Shown here: in pieces, positions 1-8,181 of the stretch | Position numbering within the stretch: the first letter of the stretch is position 1 | Layout of the letters: the number at the start of each line of letters is the position of its first letter | Virus record (IMG/VR): IMGVR_UViG_3300017651_000184 | Span: 1-41,011 of that record | Strand: one strand, 5' to 3' | DNA from: a virus | Lineage: Duplodnaviria > Caudoviricetes | DNA length: 41,011 nucleotides | The notes under the pieces: generated by a model | Databases searched by the model: none | What the model saw: the letters and a program-made list of their open reading frames with translations, nothing else | What the model was told of the DNA's origin: nothing | Program-made: the position numbers and the translations under genes

Positions 1-1443
1 ATGCAAGCGCAGTCCAAGGCGGGGAGACTAACGGAGCTGGTTCTAAGGCTCGTTGATACCGTTCGGGGCGTTTGGCCTGGCTATGGCCACGACCGCCTGA
101 CGTCCGACGCCCGACACGCTGTCATGGAAGCATTCGGGGTTACGGCAAAAGCAGACTCCGGTCTAGTGGGTCCGCGGGTCGCCGTCCTCGTTCCAAGGCC
201 TGGCACGACGCACACATTGCTTCGCGTCCGTCCTGGTCTGTCGGTGCACTCGCTGAGGTTGGTTTCAATGCAGGCCGTCGCCGAGGTCGCCCTTGAGGGG
301 GAGGGCGCAACCCTGCCTCCTGGGGTATTCAAGGCGGCCTGCCATGTCTTTGCGCTGGTAGGCGTCTTCAATCGCGCGGACTGGCAAGACGGTGGGGAGC
401 GGTGGGTGTGGAATGTGGCGGAGGTGCTCGAGGAAGTAGATGCTGAATGGGCCTATAGTTGGCTGCCCGAACTTCTTCGTGAGGTAAATGCAGTCCTTCT
501 GCGCCTTCCTGTCGGTGATGGCGACACCCTGGGGCCCAATGAAGTTCCAGCGCTGCCTTACTCGGGGTCGTCTCTAGCCCTTGAGGTCGCGCGCTCATCT
601 TGGGAGGATGGTAAGTACGGACGCGCCGCAGCCTGGTACTTGCGAGCGGAGCGGCTAGCGCGCACGTCGGGAGAAATCGATCACTTGGTACGCGCGAAGC
701 TCGGAGCGGGGTGGGTGCACATCCAGCAAGGTGAGTACGCCCGCGCATGGGATTGCCTTCGGGCCGGAGAGGACCTCGCGAGGAATCATAAGCTTCACAC
801 CCTTGAAGGGGTGGCGTGCAACGACCTGTGCGCCCTCGCAATCTTGCAGAATCGAGCCACGGATGTGCGCGAGTACACCCGACGGGCGCGAGCGGCCTTC
901 GGCAATGGAAATCGACGTCTCGTTCGCCTCTGCCACAACACCGCGTATTTCTGGATGGAAGCTGGCAGGTACTCAAGCGCGCTACCGGTATTCGCAGCAT
1001 TGGCGCGCCTGTGCGCTGTCCATGTTGATGCGGAGTTGTGGCCGTTGGTGCAGGGAGCGCTCGGACGCGCCGCAGCCGGGGTGGGGAACAGGGAGTGGTT
1101 CCTACGGGTGTGGGTGGAATCGCTGGCGGAACTATCCCACGATGGAGCTGGAGGGAGGGCCCCGGACGCTCTGCTAGACCTGGCGGATGGGGCGCTAATG
1201 TTGGGTGAAGTCAGCTTGGCCAGAGGTGCCGCATGTGTCGCTCTAAGACTGGCCGAACTTCGCGATCAACCCCATCTAGTTGTCGCAGCGCACGCTGCGC
1301 TGGAGAGAGCGGAAGCGCCAGGGGGTACTGCCACCCAGGCGCTTAAGTCGAGCTCGGAGGACGAAGATCTATCCGCTGAGCTGGTAGAGGCGTTGGGGAC
1401 ATTGGACGGGCGAGCAGGGAGGCTCCCCCTGCTCGCCAGCTAG
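1..1443 (+). CDS. TPR-repeat protein with N-terminal degenerate ImmA/IrrE-like domain (putative peptide receptor/regulator)
   Basis: Residues ~190-440 show TPR-like helical repeats (GKYGRAAAWYLRAERLA; LGAGWVHIQQGEYARAWDCL; HNTAYFWMEAGRYSSALPVF). The N-terminal segment aligns by eye to the ImmA/IrrE pattern but lacks HExxH. The start is at the window edge. Confidence 0.7.
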   Translation: MQAQSKAGRLTELVLRLVDTVRGVWPGYGHDRLTSDARHAVMEAFGVTAKADSGLVGPRVAVLVPRPGTTHTLLRVRPGLSVHSLRLVSMQAVAEVALEGEGATLPPGVFKAACHVFALVGVFNRADWQDGGERWVWNVAEVLEEVDAEWAYSWLPELLREVNAVLLRLPVGDGDTLGPNEVPALPYSGSSLALEVARSSWEDGKYGRAAAWYLRAERLARTSGEIDHLVRAKLGAGWVHIQQGEYARAWDCLRAGEDLARNHKLHTLEGVACNDLCALAILQNRATDVREYTRRARAAFGNGNRRLVRLCHNTAYFWMEAGRYSSALPVFAALARLCAVHVDAELWPLVQGALGRAAAGVGNREWFLRVWVESLAELSHDGAGGRAPDALLDLADGALMLGEVSLARGAACVALRLAELRDQPHLVVAAHAALERAEAPGGTATQALKSSSEDEDLSAELVEALGTLDGRAGRLPLLAS

Positions 1444-1458
1444 TCGAACGTGGAGGGC

Positions 1459-1686
1459 TTAACCCCCTCCGCTGACAACCCCAGTTCCATCCCTGCAGGC
1501 GTCGCAGGCGCTGTCCCCTGGAGCCGACGCGCTCTGGGTATCCCAACTGCTGTCCTTTCTGGTGCTGATGGAGTCGGTCGAGAGCTGCCGTGCCCCTGGG
1601 TGCACGGGGTTGGTGTCGGCGCAGGCGCCGACGACACAGGTGACAGCGAGAGCGGAGAGCGCGAGGAGGGTCCGCAGGCTCTTCAT
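1459..1686 (-). CDS. small lipoprotein-type pro-peptide 1 (75 aa)
   Basis: GGAG RBS; signal peptide with lipobox MKSLRTLLALSALAVTCVVGA-C; low-complexity linker; Gly-rich C-terminus GTGVVSGGG; paralogous to 1782-1964. Confidence 0.75.
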   Translation of the reverse strand: MKSLRTLLALSALAVTCVVGACADTNPVHPGARQLSTDSISTRKDSSWDTQSASAPGDSACDACRDGTGVVSGGG

Positions 1687-1781
1687 GTGGGGCTCCGGAA
1701 GTAGTGAGGATGGTGAGGGTGACGCGCTCGCGGCGGATCTCGCAGTGAGCCTACGCGAGCGCGTTCCGGCGTTACGTCAGC

Positions 1782-1964
1782 TCAGCAGTCCCCGCCGGAT
1801 CCGACAGTGCCACCGTTGTCCCCGCACCCAGTGGTGTCCGAAGGGATTACGCCCTCCGTCAGGGTCGGCGCCACCGGACGAGACGGCTCCGAATTCGCGC
1901 AGGCGCCGACGACGCAGATGATAGCGAGAGCGGAGAGCGCTAGGAGGGGTCGCAGGTTCTTCAT
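1782..1964 (-). CDS. small lipoprotein-type pro-peptide 2 (60 aa)
   Basis: GGAG RBS; ATG at 1964; MKNLRPLLALSALAIICVVGA-C nearly identical to the peptide 1 leader at DNA and protein level; C-terminus CGDNGGTVGSGGDC. Confidence 0.75.
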   Translation of the reverse strand: MKNLRPLLALSALAIICVVGACANSEPSRPVAPTLTEGVIPSDTTGCGDNGGTVGSGGDC

Positions 1965-2043
1965 GTGGGGTCTCCAGAAGTGAGTAGGTAGGATGCGGTG
2001 CGTACCGCCGCGACAACATAGAATCTGAGGCCCGGCAACGACA

Positions 2044-2061
2044 CAGATTCGTGTCAATCTG
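2044..2061. promoter_or_regulatory. operator-like inverted repeat upstream of the peptide genes
   Basis: CAGATT-N6-AATCTG overlapping a minus-strand TTGACA; an extra AATCTG half-site at 2022-2027. Confidence 0.3.
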
Positions 2062-2227
2062 CGCCACCCTGTCCGTATGGGAGCGGACAGTCCTTGTTTA
2101 GTTTCTCGGAGAGCTGCCCGAGACTAGTGGACGTACGCCTCGTCGCGGCGGGGTGACCATAGGCAGCGGCTCGTAGTGCGTTCGGGATCTATTCGGTGTG
2201 GGCGGGGTACCGTTAACTTAACGACAG

Positions 2228-3157
2228 ATGCCAAAGATCGGGCTATCCACGCATACGATTAGGGTTCGACAGAGGTACAAGCGCGGCGACTCGTTCGAGT
2301 TCCTCGGGTCCTTCGGCGAAAGGCATTCCCTTTATGAGGTGGCGCACGAGTTGCTCACCTTGCTCGCCGCAGGCCACACTCACAACGAGCAGCAGCAGAA
2401 CCTTCTCCACATCCCTCGTCTTGAGTCAGACGGGGAGTCGATATGGGGGCTCATCGAGGCCGGAGAGCACGGCTTTGGCTCTCGACTCGTGAACGTGAAG
2501 ACGAAGAAGGATTCATATAAGCGCTCCCCGGATGATGCGGAGATGGTTCCGCACTACTTCCTCCTTAACCTTCCGGCGGACACGAATAAGGGGCTGCTGA
2601 TCCTGCAGCGGTTTGGCTCTCGAGGCGTGCAGGTCCAGTTCTCTAGGGCGCTTCAGGGGGCCGTTACAGAGACTGCTCCGCGGTATATTCTCGACATCAA
2701 TCCTCATGTGCCGCACGAAGTTATGAAGTACCTATTGGAGGGGCGCCTGAAGGGGCTTACCTTCACGCGGTATGGCCTGCCGGAAGAAATCGCGGATGCT
2801 GTCGGGCTTGGGGGGAAGGTTGAGGAGCAGGTTAAAGTTCGCACGATTATCGACGCGCCGAGGAACCGATTTCTCCCTCGGCAGAAGTGGATTCGAGATC
2901 TGTTGGAGAACAAGCGGAGCTTCTACGAGGTTCGAAACGAACTCGGCTTCGAGGCAGAGAGCATCTCCGTCACGGTCGATTACTCTGGTAGCCGGCGGAC
3001 TGTGGACTTCACGAATCCCGAGAGGATAACGCCTCACATCGATGTCTCTGACAGGGTGGTCACTGGACCTAACGGCCATCCAGAGTTCGACAGCATCCAT
3101 GACTACTCGAAGGACCTTCTTCGGAACCTAGCAAAAGAAATCGGCAGGCAGAGATAA
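2228..3157 (+). CDS. hypothetical soluble protein, gene 1 of a putative two-gene defence operon
   Basis: 309 aa ORF, visibly lower GC than the phage genes; conserved-looking motifs (GLIEAGEHG, YFLLNLP, LILQRFG); TAATG overlap with the next gene. Confidence 0.7.
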   Translation: MPKIGLSTHTIRVRQRYKRGDSFEFLGSFGERHSLYEVAHELLTLLAAGHTHNEQQQNLLHIPRLESDGESIWGLIEAGEHGFGSRLVNVKTKKDSYKRSPDDAEMVPHYFLLNLPADTNKGLLILQRFGSRGVQVQFSRALQGAVTETAPRYILDINPHVPHEVMKYLLEGRLKGLTFTRYGLPEEIADAVGLGGKVEEQVKVRTIIDAPRNRFLPRQKWIRDLLENKRSFYEVRNELGFEAESISVTVDYSGSRRTVDFTNPERITPHIDVSDRVVTGPNGHPEFDSIHDYSKDLLRNLAKEIGRQR

Positions 3158-3681
3158 TGCTCTCCAAAATCAACGTCTTAGATATCGTGAGGGATCACTT
3201 CCTCACGCTGAGAAAATACCAGTCTGATCGCTGGAGTGCTGAGGATTTCATCCTCTTCGTCGGCGTCCCACTCGCGGTCGCGGTCGCCATGCTTTACTTC
3301 GGCCTGGTCGTGAGCAAGGCAGCTGTGGACGTGCTCTTTACCGGTCTTTCGATCTTCGCTGGCCTGCTCTTCAACCTGTTGGTGATGGCGCACGGTATCA
3401 TTCGCAGCACCGTAGACGCCCCTCGCTATGAGGACGAAAAGCGGTTGCTACGAGAGCTGTATTCGAACATCTCGTATTCGATCCTAATCGCAATCGTGAT
3501 GCTGGGCGTGCTATTGATTCGCTACGTGACAGCGGAGCCGCGGGTGCTTTATGCGATTTCTTTTGCGACGTATTTCCTGATCGGGAACTTCCTACTGACT
3601 CTACTGATGATCCTGAAGCGAATTCACGTTGTGCTCCGTCAGGAGTTCGAGCCGGATCTCACCGGTCGAACTCTCAGATAG
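3157..3681 (+). CDS. 4-TM membrane protein, gene 2 of a putative defence operon
   Basis: Four hydrophobic helices; translationally coupled to 2228-3157. Confidence 0.75.
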   Translation: MLSKINVLDIVRDHFLTLRKYQSDRWSAEDFILFVGVPLAVAVAMLYFGLVVSKAAVDVLFTGLSIFAGLLFNLLVMAHGIIRSTVDAPRYEDEKRLLRELYSNISYSILIAIVMLGVLLIRYVTAEPRVLYAISFATYFLIGNFLLTLLMILKRIHVVLRQEFEPDLTGRTLR

Positions 3682-3804
3682 GAGAGCCATCCGCGCCTAT
3701 GACCTGGGGCGCGAGGCGAAGGCCCCCTCGCGTCCTCCCCAGCGCTCCCGCGCGCCATCCCGTCGGTTAGTAGAGCAGCCGTCCCACCATCGACCAACCG
3801 GCTC

Positions 3805-4380
3805 ATGCCCGCCTGCGCCCGTTGCGGTAACGCATACCCTGACGACTCGGCCCGCTGTCCGAACTGCAACTACAGCCCATCGCCACAGGCCCTGCAGGCT
3901 CCGGCGAGCCCGGCGGCACCCCCCAGCGGGAGGTACGTGGGGGCTGAGGCCGGATTCTGGTGGTCGCTCCTCCTCAAGGTGTTCGGCTGGTTGTCGCTCG
4001 TTCTCGGCCTGGTGGGCGGGATTGCGTGGTTCGCCGAGTTCGGCGTGATCGAGACACCCGGCTATCTCTACAGCACGGTCCAGGAAACAAACCCGTTGGG
4101 TGTCGCGTTCGCGTTCGGGATCGCGCTCCAGGGCATCGTCATCTGCGTCGTCTTCAACGCCCTCGCCGTCGTGATCGAGCACCTGATCGCTCTCCGTCAC
4201 GGCCAGGTCGTGGTCCGTCCGCGGGTTGCTATCGCGACGCCACTACGCGGTGATGGAGTGCCGGCCTCCTCGATCGTCGGGCACTGCGCGGAGTGCGGGA
4301 TCCCGCTTACCTCACGTGCCGCCCAGCGCCTCTCGGGGCACCTCTGGTGCGAGGAGCACTTCAACCAGCGGGTCGGATAG
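3805..4380 (+). CDS. zinc-ribbon membrane protein
   Basis: N-terminal CxxC-x10-CxxC, two TM helices, C-terminal CxxC...CxxH. Confidence 0.65.
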   Translation: MPACARCGNAYPDDSARCPNCNYSPSPQALQAPASPAAPPSGRYVGAEAGFWWSLLLKVFGWLSLVLGLVGGIAWFAEFGVIETPGYLYSTVQETNPLGVAFAFGIALQGIVICVVFNALAVVIEHLIALRHGQVVVRPRVAIATPLRGDGVPASSIVGHCAECGIPLTSRAAQRLSGHLWCEEHFNQRVG

Positions 4381-4520
4381 CACCTCGCCTGTCCCGCCGA
4401 CACCTGACCGCCCCCACCATGCGACGAATCCACTCCGTGCCCGCCCTCCAGTTCCTGCAGCTCGTCGGCTCCGTCCCGCCCTGCAACGTCGGGCGCGGCT
4501 GCGCCTGCCAGGGATAGGCT

Positions 4521-5489
4521 ATGGCTCTCCACCCCTGCCGCGAGTGCGGCAAGCAGGTTAGCACCGAGGCGGCGACCTGCCCTCAGTGCGGCGTGCCCGA
4601 GCCCACCCGAGACTATACGCCCCCGCCGCCGCCCGTCGCCCCCGCGGAAGAGATACGCCCGGCCGCCAGGCCGGACCGGGGCGCTGGCGAAGGCTCGGAG
4701 AAGTCTGGCAGCGGGATGGGGCGGCTCATCCCTGCCGGGATCGTCCTTGCGTTCGTCTTGTTCGCCGTCGTGATGATCTCCGCCCACTTGTCGGAGAGAT
4801 CCGCCGGCACCGTCTTCGGGGCCGCGTCTATGAACACGGAAGAGCGGTCTCGCCGGTTCGACAGCCTTCGTGCTCTGGAGATCCTGGCCCAGCCCGGCGC
4901 GGTGCCCGACTCGACCGTTCAGGAGCTTGAGCGCATCATCCACGGTCGCGCGATGGACATCCAGCACGACAGCCTCCATCGCCGTGCGGTGTCGATGGCT
5001 CTGGACTCGGCATCGGCCGCTCTCGAGGAGAAGGACAACGGCGTCGGCAACTACATCCGGGCCGAGCGGTTCCTGTCCACGCTCTACATGGTTCAGCCGC
5101 TGACTGAGCAGCAGGTGAGTCGGCGCGATGCGCTGCGGACGGCGGCGAATGCCGAGAGGGACCGAGGCGAGAAGGCCCAGCGGCAAGCAGACAGTGACCG
5201 GCAGATCGCTTCGATTCGCGACACCTCGATCTGCAAGGTGTCCGAAGCCCGCGCCCGCGCCATTCTGGACCGGATTCCGGGCTCCGCGATCGAGGTTCAG
5301 CGAGCCGCGGCATGCGAGCGCGTCCGGATCGGCATGACTCCCGACGAGGTTCGTGCGGCGTGGGGCAGGCCCCGTGACATCAACCGCAGCACCTACAGCT
5401 TCGGGGTGCACGAGCAGTGGGTGTACGGGGAGTGGGGGAGCAGCTATGTGTACTTCGAGAACGGTGTCGTGACCGCTACCCAGACCTGA
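4521..5489 (+). CDS. zinc-ribbon/TM protein with C-terminal BamE/SmpA-like domain
   Basis: MALHPCRECGKQVSTEAATCPQCG; one TM helix; C-terminal IGMTPDEVRAAWGRP...EQWVY...YVYFENGVV. Confidence 0.7.
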   Translation: MALHPCRECGKQVSTEAATCPQCGVPEPTRDYTPPPPPVAPAEEIRPAARPDRGAGEGSEKSGSGMGRLIPAGIVLAFVLFAVVMISAHLSERSAGTVFGAASMNTEERSRRFDSLRALEILAQPGAVPDSTVQELERIIHGRAMDIQHDSLHRRAVSMALDSASAALEEKDNGVGNYIRAERFLSTLYMVQPLTEQQVSRRDALRTAANAERDRGEKAQRQADSDRQIASIRDTSICKVSEARARAILDRIPGSAIEVQRAAACERVRIGMTPDEVRAAWGRPRDINRSTYSFGVHEQWVYGEWGSSYVYFENGVVTATQT

Positions 5490-5539
5490 GCCTCTTCGTT
5501 GTGGCCTTTCACTTGAGGCGGAGTGACCGGACGCTGCTG

Positions 5540-5791
5540 ATGCCCCTCCTCTCGCTCCTCCGCACCCCCACCTCCGAGCCCGGCCGGAGGTACAGCTACC
5601 ACCGGGCGATCCTGCTCGCCGCCGGCGCGGTCGTGCTCTACCTGATGCGGCCGGCCGTGCCGAGCCCCGAGGTGGTGGAGACGCACCGGTGGGTCGCCAC
5701 GGCCGTGCTGGGGATCGCGGTCGTGGGGCTGCTGGTGGCGGGGGCGGAGTGGGTGGTGCGCGGCAGGCGCAGGCGGAGGCCGGGCCGATGA
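5540..5791 (+). CDS. small 2-TM membrane protein
   Basis: Two hydrophobic segments and a basic C-tail; ATG at 5540 chosen as start. Confidence 0.5.
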   Translation: MPLLSLLRTPTSEPGRRYSYHRAILLAAGAVVLYLMRPAVPSPEVVETHRWVATAVLGIAVVGLLVAGAEWVVRGRRRRRPGR

Positions 5792-5802
5792 GTGGCTGCG
5801 GA

Positions 5803-5820
5803 TTATTCCCTGGAGCATAA
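5803..5820. promoter_or_regulatory. 18-bp palindromic site, degenerate copy
   Basis: Reverse complement TTATGCTCCAGGGAATAA matches TTATGCTCCAGAGCATAA at 16/18 positions. Confidence 0.5.
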
Positions 5821-5864
5821 AAGCGTCCCCGCGACGGGCCGAACACACGACGGCAACCTCATCG

Positions 5865-6410
5865 ATGCGATCCACATTCCGCCGCACAGCCGCGGCCGCC
5901 CTCCTCTTCCTGGTCGCGTGTGACGACCCCACGCGGCCGCGGTCTCAGACCGAGGGAACCTTCGAAGCGCAGATCACCGGGGACATCAATGTCTCGATGC
6001 GAGGATTCTCCGTGGATGGGGGGATCATAGGGTTCTCTCACATCGTCATGGGACGTGACCCGATGGGCTGGAAGCAACGCCCGGATACGCTGATCTACAT
6101 CACGTCCCGAACCTTCCTGCAGCGGGGTACGCACGAAATCCGGCCCTTCGAAGCATGGGACAACGTGCCCCTCGAGCAGCCGGTGGTCATCGCCTACGCC
6201 GTCGTTTCCGCACCGGGCGGGCGGCCCCGGTACATCTCCCTCGACGGTACCGTCACGATCACGAAGGTGACGCGTCGCGGGCGCGAGGGCACCTTCTCGT
6301 TCCGAGCCCCCCTTCAGTACTCGTCCGACCCCTCCAGGAGCATCACCGTTGAGGGTCGCTTCGAGACCCTGTACGAAGGGTTCTGGCCGCCGCGCGGATG
6401 GGAGATGTGA
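5865..6410 (+). CDS. lipoprotein, beta-rich, unknown function
   Basis: Signal peptide with lipobox MRSTFRRTAAAALLFLVA-C. Confidence 0.65.
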   Translation: MRSTFRRTAAAALLFLVACDDPTRPRSQTEGTFEAQITGDINVSMRGFSVDGGIIGFSHIVMGRDPMGWKQRPDTLIYITSRTFLQRGTHEIRPFEAWDNVPLEQPVVIAYAVVSAPGGRPRYISLDGTVTITKVTRRGREGTFSFRAPLQYSSDPSRSITVEGRFETLYEGFWPPRGWEM

Positions 6411-6415
6411 GCGGG

Positions 6416-6664
6416 ATGTCGTCGAGCGTCCGCCGTGCAGGTGGGCCTGCCCTGGCACTCGTCCTCGCCGCCTGCATGGCGCCCGTCGACGACGCCGACC
6501 TGCTGGTCTCCGCGCGGCTGCAGACCCAGGAGGTGTGCGTGGCCTACGACGACCTCCGCGGCCGGGACGAGGCGCTGCATGCGGCGCTCTTGGAGGACCC
6601 GCTCCACCAACGGGCGATGGAGCTGTGCGATGGGGTGGGCGAGCAAGGCAGCGTGGGGCGGTAG
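6416..6664 (+). CDS. small lipoprotein
   Basis: LALVLAA-C lipobox; start uncertain. Confidence 0.45.
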   Translation: MSSSVRRAGGPALALVLAACMAPVDDADLLVSARLQTQEVCVAYDDLRGRDEALHAALLEDPLHQRAMELCDGVGEQGSVGR

Positions 6665-6703
6665 AGAGCGGGTTGAAACCCTGAACTGAAGCCGAACGAG
6701 CAC

Positions 6704-7756
6704 ATGGCTGATGAGACGAAGCAGGTGACGAAGGGGCGGCGCCACACGACCACCGTCGAGGCTGGTCCGGAGCACCGGAACGGCGGGGGAGATGATCGGA
6801 AGCCCTGCTTCGTGATGATGCCGATCAGCGATCCGGAGGGGTACGCGAAGGGGCACTTCACGCGGGTGTACGAGGATATTTTCGCTCCGGCGATTCGCCA
6901 GGCGGGCTTCCGGCCGGTGCGGGCGGATGAGACGGTCGCGAGCAACTTGATTCACCTCGATATCCTCCGCCGCCTCCGAGAAGCGCCGATCGCGATTTGC
7001 GACTTAAGCAACCGGAACGGGAACGTCCTTTACGAGTTGGGATTTCGGCAAGCCTTCGATATGCCGACCGTGTTGGTGAAGGAAGTTGGGACGCCTGATC
7101 TCTTCGATGTCGCACCGCTGCGCGCGTACTCGTACCGACCGGCCCGGTTGTACCACGAGGTGTTGGATGATCAAGCCAAGATCCGAGACATGATTCTCGC
7201 GACGGTCGAGGAGGCTGAGGGGCAGTCCGGCGTGAACTCGCTGGTGCGCCTACTGGAACTGGAGCGGCCCGCGACGCCTGCGCAAGTGCGCGAAGCGGAG
7301 TCGGATCCTGCGCTTCAACTCGTACGTGCGGAACTCGCCGAGATGCGTACGGAGATGCGCAGACTCGCAATACGCTCTGCCGCGGCCCGAGAAAGTGTTG
7401 ATTCAGGTGGCCGGAGGCCGACGAGCGGTCCCCATGCCTTGCGTAACGACTTTCTCATAACGATCTCCAAGGTTCCCAGTGAACTCCTCGATGCGGCAAT
7501 AAGGGGTATCCAGAACCGGGCCCCTTTTCAGTCAATCGTCGTGCTGGGATCCACCACGCGTATTACACAGCTGCTCCTTCATACGGTGAGTCCGATGTCC
7601 ATCCTGGATGCTCGCCAATCATGGGCTGCCGCGAGTGCAGACTATGGGATCGAAACTATGGAGGTTCTATCTAACGACGCTCCTGCGGCGGAATCATCAA
7701 CCAACCTCCTTAGTCGCCTGCGCCAAGGCGAATTCCCTGTACCTCCGGCGGGATGA
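6704..7756 (+). CDS. nucleoside 2-deoxyribosyltransferase-like (TIR-like fold) domain protein
   Basis: CFVMMP...RADE...ICDLSNRNGNVLYELG motif set, followed by a coiled coil and an unknown C-terminal domain. Confidence 0.8.
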   Translation: MADETKQVTKGRRHTTTVEAGPEHRNGGGDDRKPCFVMMPISDPEGYAKGHFTRVYEDIFAPAIRQAGFRPVRADETVASNLIHLDILRRLREAPIAICDLSNRNGNVLYELGFRQAFDMPTVLVKEVGTPDLFDVAPLRAYSYRPARLYHEVLDDQAKIRDMILATVEEAEGQSGVNSLVRLLELERPATPAQVREAESDPALQLVRAELAEMRTEMRRLAIRSAAARESVDSGGRRPTSGPHALRNDFLITISKVPSELLDAAIRGIQNRAPFQSIVVLGSTTRITQLLLHTVSPMSILDARQSWAAASADYGIETMEVLSNDAPAAESSTNLLSRLRQGEFPVPPAG

Positions 7757-8181
7757 AATAGACGGATTGCGGCCTCCGCCACCCCGTCAACACCAAGGCG
7801 CACGGAGCCGGTATTCTCCCAATCATAACCTCGCGCGGTAGACGCAACTGCGATGCGATAGAGTTTCCCCGGCCGGTCGAGAAGGCCGACGCAACCCCCG
7901 CTGCTCTCACGAGCGACACTACGGCGGGCACGGATGAGGCCGGACCGGGGACCCATCAGAGAGGGAGGATCGTGAGTACGTACGACCTGGAGCACCGGGA
8001 GCCCGACTGCGCCGAGCACGCGGAGTATTCGGCGGGCGCGACCCCGAGGGCTACACCTGCACGCCGATCCGTGTGTTCGCCTGACGGACTCCTCCGCCTC
8101 GCTCAATCCCCAGCCACTCCGACACCTCCAGTCCCGACTCTCACCTTTCCGACAAGTTTCACTCTCTGTCCTGGAGCCACA

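Noticed and set aside
1459-1964. RiPP precursor peptides
   Set aside because: They carry Sec/lipoprotein signals, and no modifying enzymes or transporter are nearby.
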